Shown: in pieces, positions 1-14,800 of the stretch
Layout of the letters: each line of letters starts with the position of its first letter
How positions within the stretch are numbered: position 1 is the stretch's first letter
Origin: Eledone cirrhosa
Lineage: Eukaryota
Reading direction: 5' to 3'
DNA length: 64,000 nt
NCBI GenBank assembly: GCA_964016885.1
Contig: OZ024743.1
Span: 107,012,001-107,076,000, forward strand
Position numbers and translations under genes: made by a program
The notes under the pieces: generated by a model
Seen by the model: the letters and a program-made list of their open reading frames with translations, nothing else
What the model was told of the DNA's origin: nothing
Databases searched by the model: none

Positions 1-1083
1 GGGCCAGACAAAAGTGAAAATCAACGTTGACAAATAGAAATAAAATAAAATAAAATACAATATTGGTTGAAGATAGAAGGATGGCCATTAAATAAATAAC
101 GCATAAGGAATATAACACACGGAACAAGTAAAATTATAGGAATAGACGCAAAAATAAATAAAAAAAATTGTGAGATATGTTAAATGTACTAAAATCAGAC
201 TATGTCAACACCTAATATATATCACAAAATTGATGGTCGTATAAAGATATTAAATATGATAAAAATGATGCGGTATAGGCGTGGAAATGTACAACATCGT
301 CATACTCAGAAAACTCAAAGAAAAGCTCTTAGTCAACCATCGAGGTCATATATATACAGGCGAACTGGATTGTATATAGACTCGGTATTGAAGAAAGCAC
401 TGAACCGTACAAACACGGGGACCGAAGATTACCCTTAAGGATCATATACTGAAATTTGAGACTGACCTCTCTGTTAGACTAGTCTGATTACTTCTGATGT
501 AGGAACAATGAATGAAATCATTTTGCCACGCCAAGAAAAAGAACACACTATCAGATACATGACAATTTCCAAAATAATTTAATAGAAGTATTCGTTAATT
601 AGAATCATAAAGGTATGAACATTTTCCTCTCCACCAATAGAATAATTTTAAAAACATTTCGAACACGTATCTATGAAAAAGCAAAACGAAGAGTATACAT
701 ATTATCTGTAAAATCAAACAAGTATCTATATATTTGACATAATTTCAGTGTAAATGCTTACAGACAACAAAGTATTTACACCATATTTCAATGAATTATC
801 TACGTGACATATAATAAAGAATGTAACGCGTATGATAGCGCTTTCTTACGCATTTCCTGTCTATCGCCATCTTCATACTTATCAGTCTCTTATGTTTAAT
901 GTTTCCTTCCGAAATCATACACATCTAACTATCGTGACAATCTCTCACAATATCTTTAATTATTTCATATGCTTATTCCATCTGTGACTTTCTTTTTCTC
1001 TCTTTCATTCTCTGTTATCCCTCTCCATAGCGTCATATACTATTAAGATTACATTAATATTTTTTCTAATGTTTATTCATTTT

Positions 1084-1197
<114 letters not shown>

Positions 1198-1351
1198 GTA
1201 CATATGTGTGTGTATATATATATACGTATGCACACACTTGCACAGAAATATATATTTATATATATATAATTGGAAAATTAATGGAACGTGTGGGCATTAC
1301 ATATGGCGACTAAAATGGTGATAACTATAATAATAATATTAACATTAATAT

Positions 1352-3645
1352 TAATTTCTTTATTGGCTACAAGGGCCGATAATTAGGGGACAATATAATA
1401 GACTGGCACAATTGGGTTTTTTTAAAAAATCGCGTAGAAATAAATTAAGAAATAACAATAAACAAAAAACTGACAACAATGAAAATTCACCAGTAGATTG
1501 GAGGACAACCCAAGGGTAACAAAGATGCCAGCAATCCTGAACGACCCGATATTCCAAGAGCACCCTAGAAGGGCGCACATTTCTTAGTCAAATTATCCAG
1601 CTTACTTGCACATTGTCAGTGTAGGCTCATCCACATGGGCCTTTATCGCAAATTTCACTCACCCTTTAGCAAGTGTATTGGGGAAGCACTTACCCCGCCA
1701 CCCTCACCTTACATACCAAGGAATTGGCCGGAGAGTAAAGTGTCGGCATTCAGTCCTTTCAGCTTCGTCCAACACACAACCTCATTCGCTCCAACCAGAA
1801 TGAAAAAGAGAATTGCACGGTTTAACAATGAACTCGGTTGATATCCAGATTCGTCGCACACGCGATAACAGCAGTTTGACATGAATCGACAAGGCAGTAA
1901 TGCATGGATACTGGACGAGTGCGTGCAGAGCGATTGGGTCGCTCTATGCGCATCTCGGAGAAGTCAATCTGACAGCATATCCGTGCCAGTAGGTTTTTAT
2001 CTCAAACTGGCAGTGCCCTGTGGTAGCACTGCCACGCGAGGGATTTCTGGAAATTATCCATAATCTATGGCTCTAAGTTCCTGACGACCAGAATGGTCAG
2101 TTCGATTTCGTTGATGGCCAACGCATCTTCACGATTGCCCACCACTAATCTTCTATAGAAGTCTAGGGTGGAGTTCTCTTTGACTGCAATTGAGAGGGTA
2201 GCAACACTCCAGATAGAAGATACCCAGAATCGTTCTCTCCTTGAGCCAGGACTCCAGCTCTCTCAATGTGACGGGCTGTGGAAAGACCTGTCTTACAAAA
2301 GGCGTCCACAAGTCTTCACCGTTTAAGACATTCTAAAGATGTAACCTCAACACAGGTTTACGCATCATCATCCAGGGCATACCATGCCCGAAGCGTAGAA
2401 CGTGCTGGCAGCAGATGGGCCGAGTGATGAATGGAAACTGCCCCTTCAACCAGAGGTTCAAGAACAGAAGTTCCAACCGTCTTTTCAGAGATAGCTTCCT
2501 CTCGGCCCATTTATTAGTGACAGTGGTTACTCTGCTCGTTACGTAGTCCCAGTTCTTATCTATATGGATGTCTAGTATAAAAGAGACCCCAAGCAATTTC
2601 ACCGGTCCGTCCGACAAGCGTCCGACGTTGCTGTTGAACGTCATGGATATGCCTCTCCAAGTGCCGAGCTGCAAACCAACCGACCTCTCCGTATTCAGTT
2701 TTGCTCTCGTCAACCATTCATGTTCATCTAAGAAGTTGTCGAACACCTCGATTTACGAGGTGATGTCATCCGCATATGCCGAAGCAGCAACTCCACTTCC
2801 CGACTCAAGTGGTTATCCCTGCAACAGCTCCAGTTTCCGTAATAAAAGTTGGAATGTCAACATGTACACAAGATGGGAGAGAGGGCACACTTGATGGACC
2901 GATCCTGTGATGTGAAACTCTACCGAAAGGTTGCCATTTACCTTGAAACCTGAGCAGATGCCACTTTTCGATGCAGCAATCTATCCTCTGAAGATGGGAC
3001 CGACGATAGCTGCCTTGAAGACAACCTCCGGTTTTCGATCGCTCTAAATTGATCATATCTCTACCGTAGCAAAGTTTACACCCGAACTTTTCTATATTCT
3101 ATCGCATGCGGTGGATGTTGTGGTGTATGGATATGATCGGCATTGTACAAGTTTGCGCCTCCTTTACCAGACACTCAACGACAAGCACCAGCTACTTCAC
3201 TAACATATTCATCAACATCTTAACCTCTGCATTTATCAGAGTTATGGGACTGAAACATTCGATCATAGACATGGCAAAGGCCTCAAAGATCTGCCTGGAT
3301 TCGTTCAGCACGCGTTCAAGACCAAATCGTTCTTTAGTTAATATGCTGCGCCTCTGCCAGACGGGCTCATCGAACAGGTTTCGTTTACTCGTTTTCTAGA
3401 GCATGCGCCTATGGTCTGACAATGCCACCTTCGAGTTTCGCATTAAAGAAATTGTCTAATGCCATTCTTGCCACGAGCACGTCCGTTGCAATGCCTCGTC
3501 TAATTTAGCTACAAACTTCCCCACTTTTCTGTTTTAACTATCGATACATCTTTTCTAAAACCTATTGAGACTAGTGTAATCCCTCGCCCTCTCTCTCTGT
3601 CTCTTCAGAACAACTTACCACCTGTAGTTTAGTACCCCCTGCCAA
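1352..3645 (-). mobile_element. Decayed, 5'-truncated Tx1/L1-clade LINE (ORF2 RT remnant plus 3'UTR)
   Basis: The 2333..2746(-) translation (VGLQLGTWRG...DGPVKLLGV...DKNWD...WAERKLSLK...ICCQH...GMPW) matches the elements at 51-63 kb. An AYADD remnant lies near 2765-2780. The 3'UTR tttattggctacaagggccga (1359) is identical to that at 56995. Many stops and an internal deletion; boundaries approximate. Confidence 0.9.
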
Positions 3646-4391
3646 ACGAATTAAAAAATAAAATTACAAAAAGTCAAAACATAAATTCCCCGAAAAATGG
3701 GGATACCCACGAGGTTCATGCACTTAAAAAGCCCACAAAAGCCACTGTAACTTTGACCGTGAGGGCAAGTGTCATCTCTCAGATGCTCTCCTCCAATTTA
3801 CATGCGCACATTCAGAGCAATACCATTCATTCGGACTATGTTCACCTCTTTCACACACTTGTCAGCAAATTGGTATCACATGTAGACGTTTTATGGCTTG
3901 CTCCAAATTAATGTTCGTATTGTCACTGATACATAGCTAACAAGACTCGAATAGCGATTCCAACCTAGTTCTGATTGAATTATTTAAGATCTACTGGGAA
4001 AGAAGAATGATTTCCATGGCAGTATGTTCATTTATATATGTACCAGCATCTACAAATTATCTAGAGATGAAACATTATATGGATATAGGAATTATTTTAA
4101 TTAAAATTATTATCAAAATCTTGCTATATAACGTGTTCCATTAAAACTGATATTTCTTAATTAATACAAAGAAAAAATAGATTTAAATCAAGATCGTATC
4201 AACACATACAAGCTTTCTGTTTTTTTTCAACGATTTTCTGCATTCCCTCATGGCAGAGCAGTGTAAGAGTTTGTATTTAAACGGATACAGCAGAGGGACA
4301 GAAATCGTTATAGTAACCATACGAATATACAGAGTGAGAAACCAGCTTATCTGTTTGAGATTTTCAACACACACGCACATGTGTATATATG

Positions 4392-4461
<70 letters not shown>

Positions 4462-4916
4462 ATGAAATACCAATGATGGTTGGCAAAATCACTGATGAGG
4501 GACTAATTTTATAATATGTAATCCATGTGAAACCATGCAGTATTCTTCTTCCCCTTGTTTTTCATATATATATATACACAGAGAGAGAGATCAGCTAATC
4601 AGGAAGATGTGTTCAATATTCAGCTAAAGAAAAAGTAAAACAATGCTTCTGGGTAGATTTTAAATGTAGATTGTGTTTAACAGCTCTATGCAGATCCTGT
4701 GGAAGTTTTTAAAATCAGCGGAATTTTTAAACGTATTTATTTTTTTTTTGTACAAATAACTCTCATCGTTGGGTCAATAGGTTTAACATGCATGACATGA
4801 TGGCGATATTTAAGAGATGAAGTGCCAGGAAATTTCGGTAGATCTCCGTATAGAATGAAACCTGAAATTTCACGCTGTAACTGATATGTGAAAATAACAA
4901 AAAGACGCAGATTCAC

Positions 4917-4919
4917 ACG

Positions 4920-4978
<59 letters not shown>

Positions 4979-4993
4979 ACGCACACACACACA

Positions 4994-5032
<39 letters not shown>

Positions 5033-5050
5033 ACACACACACACACACAT

Positions 5051-5086
<36 letters not shown>
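4917..5086. repeat. Compound (CG)n(CA)n(TA)n microsatellite
   Basis: Direct reading of the sequence. Confidence 0.95.
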
Positions 5087-5087
<1 letters not shown>

Positions 5088-5499
5088 CGATATTAAATAA
5101 ATGGAAACTATATTTATAAAACCATATTTATTTCATTATATATATTTCAGGGATATCACATTAAAAATATGGTATGCCTTCTTCAGACAAAATACAATAT
5201 AAACAGTCTTATAAATAGATAGATTTGACATACCTTTCAACTTTTTAAATGGAAGATGAAGTTGAAAGGTATGTCAAATCTATCTATTTATAAGACTGTT
5301 TATATTGTATTTTGTCTGAAGAAGGCATACCATATTTTTAATGTGGTATCCCTGAAATATATATAATGAAATAAATATGGTTTTATAAATATAGTTTCCA
5401 TTTATTTAATATCGTAAATATACTCCAAATACTTGTTGAGTGCTTTTATATCAGTTATAAATATTTACTCGTTGTAACCCAACAATTTAAATAAAACTT

Positions 5500-5501
<2 letters not shown>
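5086..5501 (+). mobile_element. Fold-back Penelope-like end fragment with hammerhead-like core
   Basis: Inverted arms 5086-5243 and 5259-5416 (~158 bp; one mismatch seen), then a unique tail 5417-5501, with (TA)n on both sides. Core: CTGAAGA (5316), a 13-bp imperfect hairpin, GAAA (5354), TATATA, then AATAAA. Stem I is imperfect. Confidence 0.7.
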
Positions 5502-5534
<33 letters not shown>

Positions 5535-5715
5535 ATTGGTAACTAATCCATCAGGATGTCAAGTGAATTGAAATTCCTCAATATATTTAGATATACTCGA
5601 ACGCAGAAATTAACTGTGAAAACAATTGATAGCTAAAACTAATAGTTAATAAAATCGGGAAAAGTGTCTCTATAATTGTGTTCTGTATTCGAGATACTCC
5701 ACATTTTCTAAAGAA

Positions 5716-5727
5716 TATATATATATA

Positions 5728-5819
<92 letters not shown>

Positions 5820-5832
5820 TGAGTGTGTGTGT
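5716..5832. repeat. (TA)n(TG)n microsatellite
   Basis: Direct reading of the sequence. Confidence 0.95.
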
Positions 5833-5880
5833 GAAACGGGAAACCTAGGCAGTAAATCAAATTTTATCATTCCCTACACG

Positions 5881-8800
5881 TCCTTTTATGGGAGGGGGGT
5901 CCGTTTTTTATTTGGGTGCCCCGTTTTTTATTTGGGTGCCCCGTTATTTTATGGGGCTCTCCGTTTTTTATTTGGGTGCCCCTTTTTTTTATGGGGGGGG
6001 GCTTCGTTTTTTATTTGGGTCCCCCGTTTTTTATTTGGGTGCCCCGTTCTTTTACTTGGGTGCCCCGTTTTTTATTTGGGTGACCCGTTTTTTTATAGGG
6101 AGGTCCGTTTTTTATTTGGGTGCCCCGGATTTTATGGGGGGTCCGTTTTTTATTTGGGTGGCCCGTTTTTTATTTGGATGCCCCGTTTTTTATTTGTGTG
6201 CCCCGTTATTTTATATGGGTGCCCCGTTTTTTATTTGGGTGCCCCGTTTTTTTATTTGGGTGCCCCGCTTTTTATTTGGGTGCCCCGTTATTTTATGGGG
6301 GGGGGTCCGTTTTTTATTTGGGTGCCCCGTTATTTTATGGGGGGGTCTGTTTTTTATTTGGGTGCCCCGTTATTTTATGGGGTGGCCGTTTTTTATTTGG
6401 GTGCCCCGTTTTTTATTTGAGTGCCCCGTTTTTTTATGGGGTTGTCCGTTTTTTATTTGGAGGCCCCGTTTTTTATTTTGGTGCCCCGTTTTTTATGGGG
6501 GGTCCGTTTTTTATTTGGGTGCCCCATTTTTTTATGCGGGGGTATCCGTTTTTTATTTGGGTGCCCCGTTTTTTATGGGGGTCCGTTTTTTATTTGGGTG
6601 CCCCGTTTTTTATTTGGATGCCCCGTTTTGTATTTGGATGCCGCGTTTTTTTTATACGGGTTTCGTTTTTCATTTGGATGTACCGTTTTTTATTTGGGTG
6701 CCCCGTTTTTTAATTTGGGTGCCCCGTTTTTTATTTGGGTGCCCGTTTTTTATGGGGGGGGGCTGTTTTTTATTTGAGTGCCCCGTTTTTTTATGGGAAG
6801 GGTCCGTTTTTTATTTGGGTGCCACGTTTTTTTTTATGGGGGGTCCGTTTTTTATTTGGGTGCCCCGTTTTTTAAATTGGGTACCCCGTTTTTTATTTGG
6901 GTCCCCCATTTTTTATTCGGGTGACCGGTTTTTTATTTGGATGCCCCGTTTTTTTATGGTGGTCTGTTTTTTATTTGGGTGCCCCGTTTTTTTATGGGAG
7001 GTGTCCGTTTTTTATTTGGGTGCCCCGTTTTTTTATGGGGGGGGGTCCGTTTTTTATTTGGGTGCCCCATCTTCTTATGGGGGGTCCGTTTTTTATTTGG
7101 GTGCCCCGTTTTCTTATGGGGGGGCCGTTTTCTATTTGGGTGTCCCGTTTTTTTATGGGAGGGGCGTTTATTATCTGGGTGACCCGTTTTTTATTTGGGT
7201 GCCCCGTTTTTTTATTTGGCTGCCCCGTTTTTTATTTGGGTGCCACGTTTTTTTATGGGGGGCTCCGTTTTTTATTTGGGTCCCCGTTTTTATTTGGGTG
7301 CCCCGTTTTATTATTTCGGTGCCCCGTTTCTTATTTGGGTGCCCCGTTTTTTTATGGGGGGGGTGTCCGTTTTATATTTGGGTGCCCCGTTTTTTTATGG
7401 GGGTCTCCGTGTTTTATTTGGGTGCCTCGTTTTTTATTTGGATGCCCCGTTTTTTATTTGGGTGCCCCGTTATTTTATTTGGGTGCCCCGTTTTTTATTT
7501 CGGTGCCCCGTTTTTTTATTTGGGTGCCCCGCTTTTTATTTGGGCGCACCGTTATTTTATGGGGGATCCGTTTTTTATTTCGGTGCCCCGTTCTTTTATG
7601 GGGGGGGCACGTTTTTTATTTGGGTCCCCCGTTTTTTATTTGGGTGCCCCGTTTTATTATTTCGGTGCCCCGTTTTTTATTTGGGTCCCCCGTTTTTTAT
7701 TTGGGGACCCGTTTATTATTTGGGTGCCCCGTTTTTTATTTGGGTGCCCCGTTTTTTTATAGGGAGGTCCGTTTTTTATTTAGGTGCCCCGTTTTTTATT
7801 TGGGAGCCCCGTCTTTTTTATGAGGGGTCCGTTTTTTATTTGGGTGCACCGTTTTTTTATGGGGGGGCCGTTTTTTATTTGGGTGCCCCGTTTTTTAATT
7901 TGGGTACCCCGTTTTTTATTTGGGGCCCCCATTTTTTATTCGGGTGACCGGTTTTTTATTTGGATGCCCCGTTTTTTTATGGTGGTCCGTTTTTTATTTA
8001 GGTGCCCAGTTTTTTTATGGGAGGTGTCCGTTTTTTATTTGGGTGCCCCGTTTTTTTATGGGGGGTGTCCGTTTTTTATTTGGGTGCCCCGTTTTCTTAT
8101 GGGGGGCTGTTTTCTATTTGGGTGCCCCGTTTTTTAATGGGGGGGCGTTTATTATCTGGGTGACCCGTTTTTTATTTGGGTGCCCCGTTTTTTTATTTGG
8201 GTGCCCCGTTTTTTATGGGGGGCTCCGTTTTTTTATTTGTGTCCCCCGTTTTTTATTTGGGTGCCCCGTTTTATTATTTTGGTGCCCCGTTTCTTATTTG
8301 GGTGCCCCGTTTTTTTATGGGGGGTGTCCGTTTTATATTTGGGTGCCCCGTTTTTTTATGGGGGTCTCCGTGTTTTATTTGGGTGCCCCGTTTTTTATTT
8401 GGGTGCCCCGTTTTTTTATTTGGGTGCCTCGCTTTTTATTTGGGTGCCCCGTTATTTTATGGGGGGGGTCCGTTTTTTATTTGGGTGCCCCGTTATTTTA
8501 TGGGGGGGTCCGTTTTTTATTTGGGTGCCCCGTTATTTTATGGGGGTCCGTTTTTTATTTGGGTGCTCCGTTATTTTATGGGGTGGCCGTTTTTTATTGG
8601 GGTGCCCCGTTTTCTATTTGAGTGCCCCGTTTTTTTATGGGGGTGTCCGTTTGTTATTTGGAGGCCCCGTTTTTTATTTTGGTGCCCCGTTTTTTTATGG
8701 GGGGTCCGTTTTTTATTTGGGTGCATAATTTTTTATGCGGGGGTATCCGTTTTTTATTTGGGTGCCCCGTTTTTTATTTGGATGCCCCGTTTTTTATTTG

Positions 8801-11800
8801 GATGCCGCGTTTTTTTTATACGGGTTTCGTTTTTCATTTGGATGCCCCGTTTTTTATTTGGGTGCCCCGTTTTTTAATTTGGGTTGCCCGTTTTTTATTT
8901 GGGTGCCCCTTTTTTATGGGGGGGGGGCTGTTTTTTATTTGGGTGCCCCGTTTTTTTATGGGAGGGGTCCGTTTTTTATTTGGGTGCCCCGTTTTTTAAT
9001 TTGGGTACCCCGTTTTTTATTTGGGTTCCCCATTTTTTATTCGGGTCCCCCGTTTTTTATTTGGATGCCCCGTTTTTTATGGGGGGCCTGTTTTTTATTT
9101 GTGTGCCACGTTTTCTTATGGGGGGGGGGGGGGCCGTTTTTTATTTGGGTCCCCCGTTTTTTATTTGGGTGCCCCGTTTTTTTATGGGGGGTGTCCGTTT
9201 TTTATTTGGGTGCCCCGTCCTTTTATGGGGGGTCCGTTTTTTATTTGGGTGCCCCGTTTTTTTTATGGGGGGGGGGCTCCGTTTTTTATTTGGGTCCCCC
9301 GTTTTTTATTTGGGTGCCCCGTTCTTTTACTTGGGTGCCCCGTTTTTTATTTGGGTGACCCGTTTTTTATAGGGAGGTCCGTTTTTTATTTGGGTTCCCC
9401 GGATTTTATGGGGGGTCCGTTTTTTATTTGGGTGGCCCGTTTTATATTTGGATGCCCCGTTTTTTATTTGGGTGCCCCGTTTTTTTATTTGGGTGCCCCG
9501 CTTTTTATTTGGGTGCCCCGTTATTTTACGGGAGGGGGTCCGTTATTTATTTGGGTGCCCCGTTATTTTATGGGGGGTCTGTTTTTTATTTGGGTGCCCC
9601 GTTATTTTATGGGGTGGCCGTTTTTTATTTGGGTGCCCCGTTTTTTATTTGAGTGAACCGTTTTTTTATGGGGATGTCCGTTTTTTATTTGGAAGCCCCG
9701 TTTTTTATTTTGGTGCCCCGTTTTTTATGGGGGGTCCGTTTTTTATTTGGGTGCCCCATTTTTTTATGCGGGGGTATCCGTTTTTTATTTGGTTGCCCCG
9801 TTTTTTATGGGGGTCCGTTTTCTATTTGGGTGCCCCGTTTTTTATTTGGATGCCCCGTTTTGTATTTGGATGCCGCGTTTTTTTTATACGGGTTTCGTTT
9901 TTCATATGGATGTCCCGTTTTTTATTTGGGTGCCCCGTTTTTTAATTTGGGTGCCCCGTTTTTTATTTGTGTGCCCGTTTTTTATGGGGGGGCTGTTTTT
10001 TATTTGGGTGCCCCGTTTTTTATGGGAGAGGTCCGTTTTTTATTTGGGTGCCCCGTTTTTTTATGGGAGAGGTCCGTTTTTTATTTGGGTGCCACGTTTT
10101 TAAATTTGGGTACCCCGTTTTTTATTTGGGTCCCCCATTTTATATTCGGGTGACCGGTTTTTTATTTGGATGCCCCGTTTTTTTATGGTGGTCTGTTTTT
10201 TATTTGGGTGCCCCGGTTTTTTTATGGGAGGTGTCCGTTTTTTATTTGGGTGCCCCGTTTTTTTATGGGGGGGTCCGTTTTTTATTTGGGTGCCCCATTT
10301 TCTTATGGGGGGTCCGTTTTTTATTTGGGTGCCCCGTTTTCTTATGGGGGGGGGGGCCGTTTTCTATTTGGGTGTCCCGTTTTTTTATGGGAGGGGCGTT
10401 TATTATCTGGGTGACCCGTTTTTTATTTGGGTGCCCCGTTTTTTTATTTGGGGTGCCCCGTTTTTTATTTGGGTGCCACGTTTTTTTATGGGGTGCACCG
10501 TTTTTTATTTGGGTCCCCGTTTTTTATTTGGGTGCCCCGTTTTATTATTTGGGTGCCCCGCTTTTTATTTGGGCGCACCGTTATTTTATGGGGGATCCGT
10601 TTTTTATTTCGGTGCCCCGTTCTTTTATGGGGGGCACGTTTTTTATTTGGGTTCCCCGTTTTTTATTTGGGTGCCCCGTTTTATGATTTCGGTGCCCCGT
10701 TTTTTATTTGGGTCCCCCGTTTTTTATTTGGAGACCCGTTTTTTATTTGGGTGCCCCGTTTTTTATTTGGGTGCCACGTTTTTTTATTTGGATGCCCCGT
10801 TTTTTATTTGGGTGCCGCGTTCTTTAAGTGGGGGCTGTTTTTACTTGGGTGCCCCGTTCTTTATGGGTGGGGTCCGTTTTTTATTTGGGTGCCCCGTTTT
10901 TTTATGGGGGATCCGTTTTTTATCTGGGTGCCCCGTTTTTTATTTGGGTGCCACGTTTTTTTATTTGGATGCCCCGATTTTTATTTGGGTCCCCCGTTTT
11001 TTATTTGGGGACCCGTTTTTTATTTGGGTGCCCCGTTTTTTATTTGGGTGCCCCGTTTTTTTATAGGGAGGTCCGTTTTTTATTTGGGTGCCCCGTTATT
11101 TTATGGGGGGGGTCCGTTTTTTATTTGGGTGCCCCGTTATTTTATGGGGTGGCTGTTTTTTATTGGGGTGCGCCGTTTTTTATTTGAGTGCCTCGTTTTT
11201 TTTTATGGGGTGACCGTTTGTTATTTGGAGGCCCCGTTTTTTATTTTGGTGCCCCGTTTTTTAATGGGGGGTCCGTTTTTTATTTGGGTGCATAATTTTT
11301 TATGCGGGGGTATCCGTTTTTTATTTGGGTGCCCCGTTTTTTATGGGGGGCCCGTTTTTTTATTTGGGTGCCCCGTTTTTTATTTGGATGCCCCGTTTTT
11401 TATTTGGATGCCGCGTTTTTTTTATACGGGTTTCGTTTTTCATTTGGATGCCCCGTTTTTTATTTGGGTGCCCCGTTTTTTTAATTTGGGTTGCCCGTTT
11501 TTTATTTGGGTGCCCCTTTTTTATGGGGGGGCTGTTTTTTATTTGGGTGCCCCGTTTTCTTATGGGGGGGTCCTTTTTTTATTTGGGTGCCCCGTTTTCT
11601 TATGGGGGGTCCGTTTTCTATTTGGGTGCCCCGTTTTTTTATGGGGGGCCATTTATTATCTGGGTGCCCCATTTTTATTTGGGTGCCCCGTTTTTTTAAT
11701 TTGGGTTGCCCGTTTTTTATTTGGGTGCCCCTTTTTTATGGGGGGGGGCTGTTTTTTATTTGGGTGCCCCGTTTTCTTATGGGGGGGTCCTTTTTTTATT

Positions 11801-14800
11801 TGGGTGCCCCGTTTTCTTATGGGGGGTCCGTTTTCTATTTGGGTGCCCCGTTTTTTTATGGGGGCCATTTATTATCTGGGTGCCCCGTTTTTTATGGGGG
11901 GTCTGTTTTTAATTTGTGTGCCACGTTTTCTTATGGGGGGGCCGTTTTTGATTTGGGTCCCCCGTTTTTTATTTGGGTGCCACGTTTTTTTATGGCGGGG
12001 GGCCGTTTTTTATTTGGGTGCCCCGTTTTTTATTTGGATGCCCCGTTTTTTATTTGTGTGCCCCGTTATTTTATTTGGGTGCCCCGTTTTTTATTTGGGT
12101 GCCCCGTTTTTTATTTGGATGCCCCGTTTTTTATTTGGATGCCGCGTTTTTTTTATACGGGTTTCGTTTTTCATTTGGATGCCCCGTTTTTTATTTGGGT
12201 GCCCCGTTTTTTTAATTTGGGTTGCCCGTTTTTTATTTGGGTGCCCCTTTTTTATGGGGGGGCTGTTTTTTATTTGGGTGCCCCGTTTTCTTATGGGGGG
12301 GTCCGTTTTCTATTTGGGTGCCCCGTTTTTTTATGGGGGGCCATTTATTATCTGTGTGCCCCGTTTTTTATTTGGGTGCCCCGTTTTTTATTTGGGTGCT
12401 GCGTTCCTCTTATACGGGTTTCGTTTTTTATCTGGGTGCCCCGTTTTTTATTTGGGTGCCACGTTTTTTTATTTGGATGCCCCGTTTTTTATTTGGGTGC
12501 CGCGTTCTTTAAGGGGGGGGCTGTTTTTACTTGGGTGCCCCGTTCTTTATGGGTGGGGGCCGTTTTTTATTTGGGTGCCCCGTTTTTTTATGGGGGATCC
12601 GTTTTTTATCTGGGTGCCCCGTTTTTTATTTGGGTGCCACGTTTTTTTATTTGGATGCCCCGATTTTTATTTGGGTGCCCCGTTCTTTATGGGGGGGGCT
12701 GTTTTTACTTGGGTGCCCCGTTTTTTTATGGGTGGCGTCCGTTTTTTATTTGGGTGCCCCGTTTTTTTATGGGGGTTCCGTTTTTAATTTGGGTGCCCCG
12801 TTTTTTTTTGGGGGGGGGGGCCGTTTTTATTTGGGTGCCCCCTTTTTTAATTTGGGTTCCCCGTTTTTTATTTGGGACCCCCATTTTTTATTCGGGTACC
12901 CCGTTTTTTGTTTGGATGCCCCGTTTTTTATTTGGGGCCCCCGTTTTTTATTTGGGGCCTCCGTTTTTTATTTGGATGCCCCGTTTTTTATTTGGGTGCC
13001 CCGTTATTTTATTTGGGTGCCCCGTTTTTTATTTCGGTGCCCCGTTTTTTTATTTGGGCGCACCGTTATTTTATGGGGGATCCGTTTTTTATTTCGGTGC
13101 CCCGTTCTTTTATGGGGGGGCACGTTTTTTATTTGGGTCCCCCGTTTTTTATTTGGGTGCCCCGTTTTATTATTTCGGTGCCCCGTTTTTTATTTGGGTC
13201 CCCCGTTTTTTATTTGGGGACCCGTTTTTTATTTGGGTGCCCCGTTTTTTATTTGAGTGCCCCGTTTTTTTATAGGGAAGTCCGTTTTTTATTTAGGTGC
13301 CCCGTTTTTTATTTGGGAGCCCCGTGTTTTTATGGGGGTCCGTTTTTATTTGGGTGCACCGTTTTTTTATGGGGGGGCCGTTTTTTATTTGGGTGCCACG
13401 TTTTTTAATTTGGGTACCCCGTTTTTTATTTGGGTCCCCCATTTTTTATTCGGGTGACCGGTTTTTTTATTTGGATGCCCCGTTTTTTCATGGTGGTCCG
13501 TTTTTTATTTAGGTGCCCAGTTTTTTTATGGGAGGTGTCCGTTTTTTATTTGGGTGCCCCGTTTTCTTATGGGGGGGCTGTTTTCTATTTGGGTGCCCCG
13601 TTTTTTAATGGGGGGGGGGGCGTTTATTATCTGGGTGACCCGTTTTTTATTTGGGTGCCCCGTTTTTTTATTTGGGTGCCCCGTTTTTTATGGGGGGCTC
13701 CGTTTTTTATTTGGGTCTCTCGTTTTTTATTTGGGTGCCCCGTTTTATTATTTCGGTGCCTCGTTTCTTTTTTGGGTGCCCCGTTTTTTTATGGGGGGTG
13801 TCCGTTTTATATTTGGGTGCCCCGTTTTTTTATGGGGGTCTCCGTGTTTTATTTGGGTGCCCCGTTTTTTATTTGGAAGCCCCGTTTTTTATTTCGGTGC
13901 CCCGTTTTTTTATTTGGGTGCCCCGCTTTTTATTTGGGTGCACCGTTATTTTATGGGGTATCCGTTTTTTATTTCGGTGCACCGTTTTTTTATGGGGGGG
14001 CACGTTTTTTATTTGGGTCCCCCGTTTTTTTATGGGGCGGTCCGTTTTCTATTTGGGTGCCCCGTTTTTTATGGGGGCTCCGTTTTTTATTTGGGTACCA
14101 CGTTTTTTTATGGGGGGGCTCCGTTTTTTATTTGTGTCACCCGTTTTTTATTTGGATGCCTCGTTTTATTATTTCGGTGCCCCGTTTCTTATTTGGGTGC
14201 CCCGTTTTTTTAAGGAGGTTGTCCGTTTTTTATTTGGATGCCCCGTTTTTTATTGTTTGCCCCGTTATTTTATTTGGGTGCCCCGCTTTTTATTTGGGCG
14301 CACCGTTATTTTATGGGGGATCCGTTTTTTATTTGGGTGCCCCGTTTTCTTATGGGGGGCTGTTTTCTATTTGGGTGCCCCGTTTTTTAATGGGGGGGCG
14401 TTTATTATCTGGGTGGCCCGTTTTTTATTTGGGTGCCCCGTTTTTTTATTTGGGTGCCCCGTTTTTTTAAGGAGGTTGTCCGTTTTTTATTTGGATGCCC
14501 CGTTTTTTATTGTGTGCCCCGTTATTTTATTTGGGTGCCCCGTTTTTTATTTGGGTGCCCCGTTTTTTTATTTGGGTGCCTCGCTTTTTTATTTGGGTGC
14601 CCCGTTATTTTATAGGGGGGTCCGTTTTTTATTTGGGTGCCCCGTTATTTTATGGGGGGGTCCGTTTTTTATTTGGGTGCCCCGTTATTTTATGGGGTGG
14701 CCGTTTTTTATTGGGGTGCCCCGTTTTCTATTTTGGTGCCCCGTTTTTTTATGGGGGGTCCGTTTTTTATTTGGGTGCATAATTTTTTATTTGGGTGCCC

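Noticed and set aside
202-438. Possible GIY-YIG remnant (YIYRRTG, or YTGE...TR..H in an adjacent frame)
   Set aside because: Needs frameshifts and read-through of stops, and no upstream GIY motif was seen. Too weak without a profile search.
4490-4540. CTGATGA...GAAAC hammerhead-like motif
   Set aside because: Stem II is poor and no cleavage triplet or stem I could be fitted.
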